Below the pieces are notes generated by a model. The model did no database searches and was not told the DNA's origin. It saw nothing but the letters and a program-made list of their open reading frames with translations. A stretch of 64,000 nucleotides of DNA from NCBI GenBank assembly GCA_964291405.2, contig OZ219926.1:3872001-3936000 (forward strand), in the 5' to 3' direction. This DNA comes from Thermodesulfobacteriota bacterium (GTDB lineage Bacteria > Desulfobacterota > Binatia > Bin18). A program made the position numbers and the translations under genes. Shown here piece by piece: positions 52,247 to 62,048 of the stretch (the stretch's first letter is position 1; each line of letters opens with the position of its first letter).

Positions 52247-54064
52247 CTAGGCCGTGCACTCGCCTTCGCCGCGTTCAAGTTTATAGACCCGATTCTGGTT
52301 CCAATCGATAAACTCGTGTATATGCTCATCGTCAAATGTCACCGGAAGTGATAGATCTGTGATCAGGTTCTCAAATGAGTCGGCTCCCACACGCTCGACG
52401 AAGGCAGCGAACGCCTCGCCCGCACGACGATACGTCTGATAATACTGGACGAATCGTTCGACCGCCTCGGGGACCCGTTTGGACGGAACACGGACATCCA
52501 GGCGTTGACCCATAAGGACCTGGCCTCCATCGTATTGGCCGCCCAGCATGACGATATAGGCCGGGACCTGATGCTTGTCGAACTTCATGGCCGCACCGTA
52601 AAAGCCGATATCGGCAATATGGTGGCGTCCACAGCCGTTGGGACAGCCACTGATCTTGATATGGATTTTTTTGGTGAGCGAATCATCGATGGCGAGGGCT
52701 TCAGCTCGCCGTTGGATTGCCTGCGCCAGACCCATGGAGTTCGTAATGCCGAGCTTGCAACTGTCAGTCCCAGGACAACTCACGACGTCATTGATCTGAT
52801 GCGCCCCGGCATCGCCCAGACCGATTGCCTGCAAGCGCCTCCACACATCATACAAGCTCTCGTTCCGAACCCAACGCAGCACCACGTTCTGTTCGTCCGA
52901 TGTCCGCGCGTGGCCTCCGGTGAACTCGCGCATGATCTGCGCCACACCGCGGAACTGTTCCGGCGTCAGATTCCCCTGAGCGATCTTCACTGCTGCGGTC
53001 GAAAAGCCATCCTGGCGTTGCGGCTGCACATTGGCTGCGGCCCAGCGGGCGAACTCCTGATGGTCGCCGTTCGGGCTGCCGGGATTGATGGGCGCACGCG
53101 GGGCTCGCTCTCCTTCGTTGTCATTCCATTGCAGGGGCTCGGGGTCAAAGTTGCGCTCGTTGACCCAGTCGCCTCGCATTTCCGCATCAACGAGCGCGCG
53201 AAACGCCTCCAGGCCAATCCGGTCGATAAAGAATTTGATCCGGGCGCGGGCGCGGTTTTTGCGCAACTCGTCTTGTCGGTCAAAAATGCGGATAACCGCT
53301 TCCGCGACTCTGAGATAGTCGTTGAGCCCAACAAAGTTGTACAACACGCGACCCACCCTGGGCAGAATCGATGTCCCCCCGCCAGTATAGACGCGAAAGC
53401 CCTTGCAGTTGTCTTTGAGGCGAGGAATAAAGCCTAGGTCGTGGATACCCGTCACTGCACGGTCTTTCTCGGTACTGGAGAAGGCGATCTTGAATTTTCG
53501 GGGAAGAGCCTGAGTCAGTTCGTTCCGAATAAAATAGCGGACCAGTACGCCCACGTATGGGGTAGGGTCAAATGTTTCGTCCGGGTCGACACCGGCAAAG
53601 GGATCACACACCACATTCCGGACCGTATTGCCGCACGCCTCCCGCGTCGACAAACCGGCGTCACCAAGCCTTCGCAGTATCCGTGCGGCTTCCAACAGTG
53701 GAATGAAATGGAACTGGACATTTTGCCGGGTCGTGATGTGGCCTTTTTTGAGCGGTGCATAGGTTTCGGCGATCTCGGCAAAGGTGTCGAACTGATCCGG
53801 CGTGAATCCACCAAAGGGGAGCTTGACCCGGATCATCTGGACGTCCGGCTGCCGTTGTCCATAGACGCCCTGGCGGAGCCGGAAACCCATAAATGTCTGA
53901 CGGCCTGTCTCTCCATCAAGGAACTTTTGCGCTTCAGCATCAAAATCGTCGAATTCCCTTTCGAGAATGGGGATGACACGGCCGGGAATATGTGGGTGCA
54001 TTTCAGGGTTCTCAAGCGTGCCTACACGTCCCCTCTGGTCGCCTGCTGTCGTAGATGTATTCAT
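52247..54064 (-). CDS. Ferredoxin-type sulfite/nitrite reductase (siroheme, 4Fe-4S)
   Basis: GVYGQR, TTRQNVQ, LPRKFK, CPGTDSC, SGCPNGC. Confidence 0.9.
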   Translation of the reverse strand: MNTSTTAGDQRGRVGTLENPEMHPHIPGRVIPILEREFDDFDAEAQKFLDGETGRQTFMGFRLRQGVYGQRQPDVQMIRVKLPFGGFTPDQFDTFAEIAETYAPLKKGHITTRQNVQFHFIPLLEAARILRRLGDAGLSTREACGNTVRNVVCDPFAGVDPDETFDPTPYVGVLVRYFIRNELTQALPRKFKIAFSSTEKDRAVTGIHDLGFIPRLKDNCKGFRVYTGGGTSILPRVGRVLYNFVGLNDYLRVAEAVIRIFDRQDELRKNRARARIKFFIDRIGLEAFRALVDAEMRGDWVNERNFDPEPLQWNDNEGERAPRAPINPGSPNGDHQEFARWAAANVQPQRQDGFSTAAVKIAQGNLTPEQFRGVAQIMREFTGGHARTSDEQNVVLRWVRNESLYDVWRRLQAIGLGDAGAHQINDVVSCPGTDSCKLGITNSMGLAQAIQRRAEALAIDDSLTKKIHIKISGCPNGCGRHHIADIGFYGAAMKFDKHQVPAYIVMLGGQYDGGQVLMGQRLDVRVPSKRVPEAVERFVQYYQTYRRAGEAFAAFVERVGADSFENLITDLSLPVTFDDEHIHEFIDWNQNRVYKLERGEGECTA

Positions 54065-54104
54065 AGTTCGGTCCCCTCGGAGTCAGTTGCTAGGTATAAG
54101 GTTA

Positions 54105-54245
54105 AATATCTACTAAATCTATGGATTTTATAGATTTTAAAGTTTATTTATAAATATTCGTCCCTCCCTGTCAAGCACCTTGCGAGTGAAAACTCTGTAA
54201 ACACACGGGGATTGACCGAGAGAGTCATTGTCTACTAAATAAATA
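54105..54245. promoter_or_regulatory. Divergent AT-rich promoter with candidate Rrf2 operator sites
   Basis: tctactaaat at 54109 and 54231; palindrome aaatctat-N7-atagattt at 54115-54137. Confidence 0.55.
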
Positions 54246-54252
54246 GGGGTTT

Positions 54253-54717
54253 ATGAAAATCTCGAAGAAAAGCGAATATGCTCTCAGAGCACTTGCCTGC
54301 CTGGGGGCGCCGGGTGCCCCTGAGGTGTTGTCTATTCAGGAGATTGCCCGTCGAGAGCGCATTCCCAAGAAGTTTCTGGAACAAGTGCTGCTCGCCCTCA
54401 AGCGAGTAGGGCTTGTCCAGAGTACGCGTGGCAAGGCCGGAGGGTATACCTTATCAGGCGACCCGCAGGCCATTTCATTACAGACGGTTGTCTGGGCGGT
54501 GGACGGTCCACTGGCCCTCTTACCCTGTGTAGCCGACGCAAACCCGGTCAAATGTGCGGACTGTGCCACTCTCGAATATTGCTGGCTGCGCGGTATTATG
54601 CTGGAAGTCGGTGAGTCCATCGCCGCCGCCTTTGCTCGAGTGAGTGTGGCGGAGATGTGTCAACGGGCGGAAGCCAGTCGCCGCCACGAGTCGCACGTGC
54701 CGATGTATGATATCTAG
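54253..54717 (+). CDS. Rrf2 family transcriptional regulator (CymR/IscR-like)
   Basis: YALRAL, EIA....IP..FLEQ, S.RG..GGY, AVDG, four C-terminal Cys. Confidence 0.92.
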   Translation: MKISKKSEYALRALACLGAPGAPEVLSIQEIARRERIPKKFLEQVLLALKRVGLVQSTRGKAGGYTLSGDPQAISLQTVVWAVDGPLALLPCVADANPVKCADCATLEYCWLRGIMLEVGESIAAAFARVSVAEMCQRAEASRRHESHVPMYDI

Positions 54718-54759
54718 AGACGCGGTTGGGAGAGGTGCCCGCTCGCTGGACAGAAAGGC

Positions 54760-54788
54760 TTGACGTAGACCCGCAGTCTTTTTAGGGT
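54760..54788 (+). promoter_or_regulatory. Putative sigma70 promoter for the GST gene
   Basis: TTGACG-N17-TAGGGT. Confidence 0.4.
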
Positions 54789-54832
54789 CAGTATGTAAAG
54801 AGATTTGCGCGCAATACGAAGAGGAGCCCGGT

Positions 54833-55456
54833 ATGACTATCAAGAGAAAGCTGTTCGACTATCTGCCTTGACCGTTCGCCATGAGGACAAGGATTGTTCT
54901 CAAAGAAAAGGCGCTCGACTTTGATCGCATTCTGATCGACCTGCCGAGCAAAGAACAAAAAGAGCCGTGGTTTCTTTCGATTAACCCGTATGGGAAGGTT
55001 CCGGTGCTTACCGAAGAAGGTGCCTGGGTTTACGAGTCGGCCATCTGTAACGAGTATTTAGAAGACAAATACCCCACGCCGGCACTCTCCCCGTCGGCGC
55101 CGGCCGCCAAGGCTGAAATGCGGCTGCTCATCGAACTGTGTAACAGCCAGTTCGTGCCGCCGATTATCCGTCTGCTCTACACCAGCCGGAAACCCAAAGC
55201 CGAGCAAGACCCGGCACGCATGGCCCGGAATACCGACCAGCTCAACGCGCTCTTTCCGCAACTCGAAGAACAGCTCCAGAATCAAGACTATCTCATGGGC
55301 GACTATAGCCTGGCCGATCTTACCTTTACCCCGTTTCTTGGGTTGTGTGACAAATTAGGCATCGACCTCAGTCCATTTCCACACGTCGCGGCCTGGGCCG
55401 AGCGGTTGAAGAGCCGGCCGAGTTACGAAGAGGTCCGGATTGGTCTGACCGGTTAG
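54833..55456 (+). CDS. Glutathione S-transferase family protein, probable selenoprotein (Sec at codon 13)
   Basis: RBS GAGGAG then ATG at 54833; MTIKRKLFDYLP-UGA-PFAMRTRIVL; NPYGKVP, ESAI.NEYL, SLADL. Confidence 0.85.
54877..54913 (+). promoter_or_regulatory. Candidate bacterial SECIS hairpin
   Basis: tgaggacaa-GGA-ttgttctca (9 bp, one G-U) starting 11 nt after the UGA; lower CGCC/GGCG pairing. Confidence 0.7.
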
Positions 55457-55619
55457 CCCACTTCTCCCTCTTTTTCTCGGGCGGCACATCTCGGGAGCGG
55501 TGGAGCCGCCGTCCCTGTGGGCGTGGGGGCGTGGTGCGAAGCCGGGCTGGATTTTTCCTGCTGCCTCGCCGGGAGCAAGCGCTACGAAAGCCGAGCGAAC
55601 TCCGGAACACAGAGTCCGA

Positions 55620-57239
55620 ATGAAAAAACGGGTTATCATCAGCATGGCGACACGTCTGGTCTGGGGAGTCTGTCTGCCGCTGCTCTTTTGCCTCGCTCCT
55701 GCCTCTGCTCAACCCGCTAAGGTGTTTGTGAACTCGGCCGTACTCGCCATCGGTGAACGGCCCGTCCTGCTGGACCTCAAAAGCCAGCGTATTATCAGCC
55801 GTGGCGAGAATTTTGAGCCCGACCTGAGTCCCCGCCCCGGAGCCGAGCCGCGGAAGGTGTCAGAATTTCGTTACGTACTCTTCCGAGACTTGGAGAAGGG
55901 CCGCGTGCGCTATGAGTGGGAGCGTACGCTGGTCTATCCCTTCCAGGAAACCTGGGCCTACACCGAGATCATGAACGGACTCGACGGAGCCATACTCGGC
56001 TGCGACGGCTTTGAGAGTCCCTGCCGCCGGGCCATGTCGGCCTCCCGTATTGCCGCCCGCCACAAAGAGCTGCGGCGCTCGCCCGTCTCCATCCTGATTC
56101 ATGCCCTGAGTCGTGCGGGTTCTTTTCTGCGTCTGATGGATCAAACGATTCATGGCCGCCGCCAGGTGGTTGTCTCGTTTAATGACAATACCCAACTTGT
56201 TCTGTTAGCCATCGACTCGGAAACACGCCTGCTGACCAAGGTCGTCTTTGTCGAAGACGACCCCTTGTACGGCGATGTGCAGAACGAGGTGTTTTTTTCT
56301 GACTGGCGCCAAGTCGGGAAGCTCAAACTCCCGTTCGAGCGCATCTATCGGGTCGACGGCCAGACCATCATGGTCGAACACGTTGAAGCCATTCAGAACG
56401 ATGTCGACCTGTCGCGCGTCGACTTTACCATTCCGGAAGAGATCGAGCACCCGGAAGAGTGGGACGGAGCGCGCGGAGAGCAGAGTTCGCACTGGGTGCT
56501 GCGTCAGATTGCGCAGGGCCACCCGGTCGATACGCCCGATTCAACGCTCGCGTTGCGTGACTTGGCCCCAGGCGTGATGCACATTGTCGGGGGCAGATAT
56601 CAGAGCCTGGCGGTTGAGATGGGTGAGTACCTGATTGTGGTTGAGGCCCCCCAGGACGACACGCACTCACGCGCCGTGCTGGACACCTTACGTCAGCGAT
56701 TTCCAACCAAGCCGGTCCGTTTTGTCGTGAATACCCATTTTCATAGCGAGCACGCGGGGGGACTGCGGACCTATGTGGCTGCCGATACCATTGTGGTGAC
56801 CAGTGCGTTGAACGTTCCACTCTTCCAGGATGTCTTTCGCGCTCTGCACACCCAAGTCCCGGACAGCCTCCAGCGTCGCCCGAGAATTGCGGTGATTGAA
56901 GCGGTCAGGAATGAACGCAAGTTTTTCGTGGATGAAAATCGGGTGGTGATTGTCTACCCGATTGAGACCGTTCATGTAGACGGCATGTTGATCGTCTATC
57001 TGCCTGAGGAACGCCTGCTTTTTGTGGCCGACCTGTTTACGCCGGGAGCCGTCCGACAGGTTGCCGATTGGGCTCGGGACCTCCTCAACGCCATTGAGAG
57101 CTACGACCTCGCAGTCGAGAGCATTGTCGGCAGCCGGGGAGGAGTCGGGACGCTGGATGAGTTGCGCCGCGTTGTTCGTGATCAGAATCGGTTGAGCCAA
57201 GAACGTGGGCCGCTACGAGCCACCGAAGATGACAGTTGA
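55620..57239 (+). CDS. Secreted protein with C-terminal MBL-fold domain (degenerate metal site)
   Basis: Signal peptide ending APASA; VVEAP, NTHFHSEHAGG, ADLF. Confidence 0.8.
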   Translation: MKKRVIISMATRLVWGVCLPLLFCLAPASAQPAKVFVNSAVLAIGERPVLLDLKSQRIISRGENFEPDLSPRPGAEPRKVSEFRYVLFRDLEKGRVRYEWERTLVYPFQETWAYTEIMNGLDGAILGCDGFESPCRRAMSASRIAARHKELRRSPVSILIHALSRAGSFLRLMDQTIHGRRQVVVSFNDNTQLVLLAIDSETRLLTKVVFVEDDPLYGDVQNEVFFSDWRQVGKLKLPFERIYRVDGQTIMVEHVEAIQNDVDLSRVDFTIPEEIEHPEEWDGARGEQSSHWVLRQIAQGHPVDTPDSTLALRDLAPGVMHIVGGRYQSLAVEMGEYLIVVEAPQDDTHSRAVLDTLRQRFPTKPVRFVVNTHFHSEHAGGLRTYVAADTIVVTSALNVPLFQDVFRALHTQVPDSLQRRPRIAVIEAVRNERKFFVDENRVVIVYPIETVHVDGMLIVYLPEERLLFVADLFTPGAVRQVADWARDLLNAIESYDLAVESIVGSRGGVGTLDELRRVVRDQNRLSQERGPLRATEDDS

Positions 57240-57764
57240 AAACGATTCCCTCATAACGGACCGACAGGCGGAACAAGATCGGGTCTGGATGCACGCCGCC
57301 CCGAAGCCGCCCTGGCCGAAGCCGCAGACGAGGTGCCCATTGGTGCGGTCGTCGTCCTGGAAGGGCAAATCATCGGCAGAGGCCATAATACGCCTATTTC
57401 AACCACCGACCCGACGGCTCACGCGGAAATCCAGGCCGTGCGACACGCCGCGCAGCAGATGAAGAATTACCGGCTGGTAGACGCGACGCTGTACACAACC
57501 GTAGAGCCCTGTCTCATGTGTATGGGGGCGTTAGTGTCTGCACGAATAAAACGCCTCGTCTTCGGCTGTTTTGATCCTAAAGCCGGCGCCGCGGGGTCGC
57601 TGTATAATATTGCCCTGGATACCCGTCTGAATCATCGCCTGGACATCACGAGTGGGGTCTGTGAAGAGGAGTGTCGGACGCTACTCCAACGCTTCTTCCA
57701 AGAGAAACGGCAGCGCGCCACAAGGACTGACCCGTCTTTGCGCCCGTCCGGAAATCGCCTATAG
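57229..57764 (+). pseudogene. tadA: tRNA adenosine(34) deaminase with an apparent frameshift near 57300
   Basis: D.VWMHAA in one frame; EVPIGAV, DPTAHAE, TVEPC.MC, DPKAGAAGS in another. Confidence 0.8.
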
Positions 57765-57790
57765 TGAGGGGCGAGCTTCGCTCAGGAGTC

Positions 57791-57880
57791 GGAGAGGTGG
57801 CAGAGTCCGGTTGATCGCGCACGACTCGAAATCGTGTATACCTTCGGGTATCGAGGGTTCGAATCCCTCCCTCTCCGCCA
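57791..57880 (+). tRNA. tRNA-Ser(CGA)
   Basis: Acceptor GGAGAGG/CCTCTCC+GCCA, anticodon arm cacga-ctCGAaa-tcgtg, long variable arm, GTTCGAATC. Confidence 0.96.
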
Positions 57881-58051
57881 TAACCTTAATATAAGTATCT
57901 GAAATATATAGACTTTTATAAAATCTACCTTATTATCCCCTTCATTTCTCTCACCATTTTTATATAGTATAGAGGGGAACATCTCGGACCTGCTGAGACA
58001 TCTCGCGCCCGGTCTCCTTGCCGCCGACGGGCAACACCAGGGGCACCACTC

Positions 58052-59860
58052 ATGAAGATTGTCGACGAACAGCGCGGCACGCGCGGTTTTCAAACGGATG
58101 TGGCCATGCGCGACGGGGTCACACTCAACACCTTTGTGTTTCTGCCGGCCAAAGGTGGTCCGCGCTTTCCCGTCATCGTGCACCGCACGCCCTACGGCAT
58201 CACGACTCCAGCGGGCGAGGCGGTGACCGACCCGGCCCAGGGCTGGTTGCCCAGTGCGGTCGCACCGCTGTACGGCCCCATCCTGCGCGGCTGGCAGGCC
58301 ATCGTCGACCACGGCTATGTGGCCGTGTATCAGGATACGCGCGGCCGCTACGCCTCCCAGGGTGAGGACCGCGTCTACGCCGACGATGCCGCCGACGGGT
58401 ACGACACGCTGGAGTGGATCGCGAGACAGCCCTGGACCAATCAGCGGGTGGGTGTCTCGGGCTCCTCTGCGGCAGCCACCACTGCATTAGCCGCTGCCAG
58501 CACCGGGCACCCGTCGCTGCGGGCCTTTTTTGCCCAGGTCGGCGCGTCCAGTATCTATGACGATGTCGTGTACGAAGGGCAGGCGATCGAGCTGGAACGG
58601 CTGTGGCTGTGGGTGGCGAAGAACATTCCCGGCTTGTCATCCTCCCATCGGCACGCCGCCATGCGCCGCGCGGATACGACCGAGGCCATGATGGTAGCCG
58701 CCCGCGACTCGGCCGGCGCCTGCTACGACCGGCTGGTAGCCGCCAGCCACGACACGCCGCCGTTCACTGATTGCCCGGACTGGCTGCGCTTGCCGTTGAC
58801 GAATCACCCGGACTTCACCGTCTGGCAGCCGTTCCTGAACGAGATCCTCACCCATCCGGCGCCTGACGCGTTCCGGACGGCGCACGATTTCCGCCGCGCC
58901 ATTACTATTCCCGGCTTTCACGCCACCACCTGGTACGACATCTTTCTGACCAGCGTGATGGCGGCATTTCAGGAGATTCAGGCGCGCACGGGGACGCAAA
59001 AACTGTGGATCGGCCCCAACGCGCACCATTTCATCTATCAAACCAACTGCTGGCCCCGCGACCCTTATTTCGAGTGGTTCGGCCACTATCTGAAGGACGA
59101 GCCATCTGATTTGATCGACGAAGCGGCCGTCTTCTATTCGCCCCGGGCGTGGGTCGAGGCGACAGAGAGCTACCGGCCCGATGATTGGCGACGTACGGAG
59201 ACCTGGCCGCCGGCCGGCGCGAGAACGCAGCGCGTATTCCTGACGGGCGACGGCCGCCTCGACGCGGCCCCGGCTGGGGGCTCACGGCGGTATATCTACG
59301 ATCCGCGCCAGCCGAACCCCACACTCGGCGGGCGCAACATGCTGATCACTGTCGGCCAAGTGGACCAACGCCCGGTCCAGGCCCGGCGGCACTACGGCCT
59401 GATGTATACCGGGGAGAAGCTGGACCGTGACCTGACGCTGGCGGGTGCGGTGCGGGTCACGCTCCATGTGAGTTCTGACTGCCCCGACACCGACTTTATT
59501 GCCAAGCTCATCGAAGTCACACCGGACGGGCGTACGCTGTTGCTCATGGATGGGGTGACCCGCGCCCTGTATCGGGAGTCGATCCTCGACCCGGCCAACA
59601 ATCATCCACAGCCTCTCGAACCCGGAACGGTCTATCCCGTCACGATCAACTTGGCCGAAATCCACCATACGGTTCGCGCCGGCAGCCGCCTGCAGGTCGA
59701 CATCGTCAGCAGTAATTTCCCGCGCCGCGCCCGCAACACGAACAGCGGCCACCCTGTCCTCGCGAACGACAGCGAGGCCGATATCCGTGTGGCGACCAAC
59801 ACGGTCTATCACGCCGCCACGACGCCATCCTTCGTAGAGATGTCGGTGTTGGTGAATTAG
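58052..59860 (+). CDS. CocE/NonD family hydrolase
   Basis: MRDGV.L, RTPYG, QDTRGR..S.G, DGYDTLEWI..QPW, WYD, SSNFPR..RN.N. Confidence 0.9.
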   Translation: MKIVDEQRGTRGFQTDVAMRDGVTLNTFVFLPAKGGPRFPVIVHRTPYGITTPAGEAVTDPAQGWLPSAVAPLYGPILRGWQAIVDHGYVAVYQDTRGRYASQGEDRVYADDAADGYDTLEWIARQPWTNQRVGVSGSSAAATTALAAASTGHPSLRAFFAQVGASSIYDDVVYEGQAIELERLWLWVAKNIPGLSSSHRHAAMRRADTTEAMMVAARDSAGACYDRLVAASHDTPPFTDCPDWLRLPLTNHPDFTVWQPFLNEILTHPAPDAFRTAHDFRRAITIPGFHATTWYDIFLTSVMAAFQEIQARTGTQKLWIGPNAHHFIYQTNCWPRDPYFEWFGHYLKDEPSDLIDEAAVFYSPRAWVEATESYRPDDWRRTETWPPAGARTQRVFLTGDGRLDAAPAGGSRRYIYDPRQPNPTLGGRNMLITVGQVDQRPVQARRHYGLMYTGEKLDRDLTLAGAVRVTLHVSSDCPDTDFIAKLIEVTPDGRTLLLMDGVTRALYRESILDPANNHPQPLEPGTVYPVTINLAEIHHTVRAGSRLQVDIVSSNFPRRARNTNSGHPVLANDSEADIRVATNTVYHAATTPSFVEMSVLVN

Positions 59861-60022
59861 GGCGACGTCGGAGGGATGGACGCCGAGCCCCAGGGCTGCG
59901 TGGGAGTGGGGAGCAAGACAACTGGCCTGGTATCGCCGTACTCACGACGGGCAGAATCCGTGCGATAACAAGACCCGGCGCACCGGCTAGAGATTCTGAG
60001 CGCCGCCGCCAGGGCGGTAGAC

Positions 60023-60169
60023 CTAGAGCAAATTACGATTCTGTGTAGCCGCCCGTCATTCCTGCGAAAGCAGGAATCCAGCCCCGCCCCCCGCCCTCTG
60101 GATGCCGGATCACGTCCGGTATGACGAAGGTGGAGCGATGTGGCTACAACTTATCGTAAACTGCACTAG
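60023..60169. mobile_element. MITE-like nested palindrome with CTAG ends and an internal RPE/dRS3-like repeat
   Basis: 28-bp imperfect terminal inverted repeats (21/28 identical); internal cgtcattcctgcgaaagcaggaatccag...ctggatgccggatcacgtccggtatgacg. Confidence 0.65.
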
Positions 60170-60294
60170 TGGTCGTGCCCTGCCGCCCGGCCGTCTACGA
60201 TCTGTGAACCGTCAACACCACCATCGACCTTGTCCGCGTGTGTCCTCGCCTACCATATCGCTCCTCCGTTTGTTCTGTGGTATGGTCACTAACG

Positions 60295-61578
60295 ATGGAT
60301 ATCGGACTTGGTATTGCCCTGCTGGCCGGCTTCCTGTCTTTTGCCTCGCCGTGCGTCCTGCCCATCGTGCCGGGCTATCTGACCTTTATTACCGGGATGA
60401 GTTTCGAGCAACTCACCGCCCGCCAGCGCTCGGCGCAACTGATGACCAGTGCGCTAATCAAGAGCATACCCTTTGTGTTGGGTTTCTCTCTGGTGTTCAT
60501 TGCCCTTGGCGCCTCGGCTTCTGCGGTGAGTGGACTGCTCAGATCAAACCTGGGCATCCTCAAAGGCGTCGCCGGACTTGGCATTATGGTCCTGGGCCTG
60601 CATCTGGCCGGGGTCTTACCCATCCCGGCCTTACTCCGCCAGCGCAGCTTTTCCAAAGAGCCCGCCGAGCCTGGGATGATCCGGGCTTTTGTGGCTGGGC
60701 TGTTTTTTGCCTTTGGCTGGACGCCGTGCGTTGGCCCTATTCTGGCCGGCATTCTGGCGATTGCCGCCACGACCGAAACGCTCAGTCACGGGGTCCTCCT
60801 GCTGGCGGTGTATTCGCTTGGACTCGGCATCCCGTTTATGCTCTCGGCCGCTTTCCTGAACGGCTTTCTGTCGCTCTTCCAAGGGATGAAGAGCTATCTG
60901 CGGCAAATGGAAGTGACGGCTGGCATGCTGCTCGTCCTGGTCGGTTTGCTCATCTTTACCGATAAGCTCGCCTGGGTCTCGTCGCGGTTGACTTTTTTGA
61001 ACCCGGAAGAGCTCCTCGTCAGCGAGGTCCAAGAAGCGGGTGCTTCCACACCGGTGGCGTCTGACGCGCTGCCGACGCCGAGCAGATACGGCGATTATAA
61101 TTTTACCCTGACGACCATTGATGGCGACCGGGTGAGTTTGTCCGACTATGAGGGAAAAGTGGTCCTGGTCAATTTCTGGGCGACCTGGTGCGGCCCGTGC
61201 GTCATCGAAACGCCGGCCTTGGTCCGCATGTATCACAAGTATAAACGCCACGGATTTGCCGTGATTGGAGTGGCCTTGCAGAGCGAAGAAGACGGGGTGC
61301 GGGATTTTGTCCGAAAATACAATATCCCGTACGCCATTGGCCGCGACCCATCGGACGAGATCGGTCTGCGCTATCAGGTGTTTGCCCTGCCCAGCAGTTT
61401 CCTCTTTGCCCCTGACGGTACGGTACAGCGTGCGTTTACCGGCTATGTCGCCGAAGCTGTCCTGGACCGTGAACTCGAAAAAACCTTCCGGGCCAGTCCG
61501 ACGCGACAACAGACGCCTCAGGTTGAAGCGATTGTCTATCCGCTCGACGCTCCGGGTAGGGAGGAGAGGAAGCCATGA
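60295..61578 (+). CDS. CcdA/DsbD membrane domain fused to a TlpA-like thioredoxin
   Basis: AGFLSF.SPCVLP, GWTPCVGPIL, VNFWATWCGPC. Confidence 0.9.
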   Translation: MDIGLGIALLAGFLSFASPCVLPIVPGYLTFITGMSFEQLTARQRSAQLMTSALIKSIPFVLGFSLVFIALGASASAVSGLLRSNLGILKGVAGLGIMVLGLHLAGVLPIPALLRQRSFSKEPAEPGMIRAFVAGLFFAFGWTPCVGPILAGILAIAATTETLSHGVLLLAVYSLGLGIPFMLSAAFLNGFLSLFQGMKSYLRQMEVTAGMLLVLVGLLIFTDKLAWVSSRLTFLNPEELLVSEVQEAGASTPVASDALPTPSRYGDYNFTLTTIDGDRVSLSDYEGKVVLVNFWATWCGPCVIETPALVRMYHKYKRHGFAVIGVALQSEEDGVRDFVRKYNIPYAIGRDPSDEIGLRYQVFALPSSFLFAPDGTVQRAFTGYVAEAVLDRELEKTFRASPTRQQTPQVEAIVYPLDAPGREERKP

Positions 61579-62018
61579 TTCAAAGTATTTTTCATATCAA
61601 CATCAACGTCTCCGACTTTGAACGTTCGCTCGCGTTCTATAAAATGCTGGGCTTTCGGGTCGTCAACGATCTTGGGACCGGCAGCAGCCCGCAACTGGAC
61701 GCCGGCCTGCAGATTCCGAACGGACAGGCGCGAGCCGTGCTCCTGATGCTGGGCGATAACCCCCATGCGACGCGCATCGATCTGATCGAATGGAAGCAGC
61801 CCAAGACGGACGGGACTCCCTATCCCCATCTCGCCCATGCGGGTATCGCTCGTATTGCCCTGAAAACGAAAAACCTGATGCAGGAGTACGAAGACCTCAA
61901 AGCCAAGGGGGTCGAATTCCTCTCGCCACCCCAGGAGACTATTCTCGGTGGTGGGATGACCCGTTTTGTGTGCTTCCACGATCCTGATGGAACCGTGTTG
62001 GAACTGATCGAGTTTTAA
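61575..62018 (+). CDS. VOC/glyoxalase family protein
   Basis: HININVSD.ERS..FY, DPDG..LELIE. Confidence 0.88.
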   Translation: MIQSIFHININVSDFERSLAFYKMLGFRVVNDLGTGSSPQLDAGLQIPNGQARAVLLMLGDNPHATRIDLIEWKQPKTDGTPYPHLAHAGIARIALKTKNLMQEYEDLKAKGVEFLSPPQETILGGGMTRFVCFHDPDGTVLELIEF

Positions 62019-62048
62019 TCAGAGCGGCTGCACGGAATCAAAAACGCG

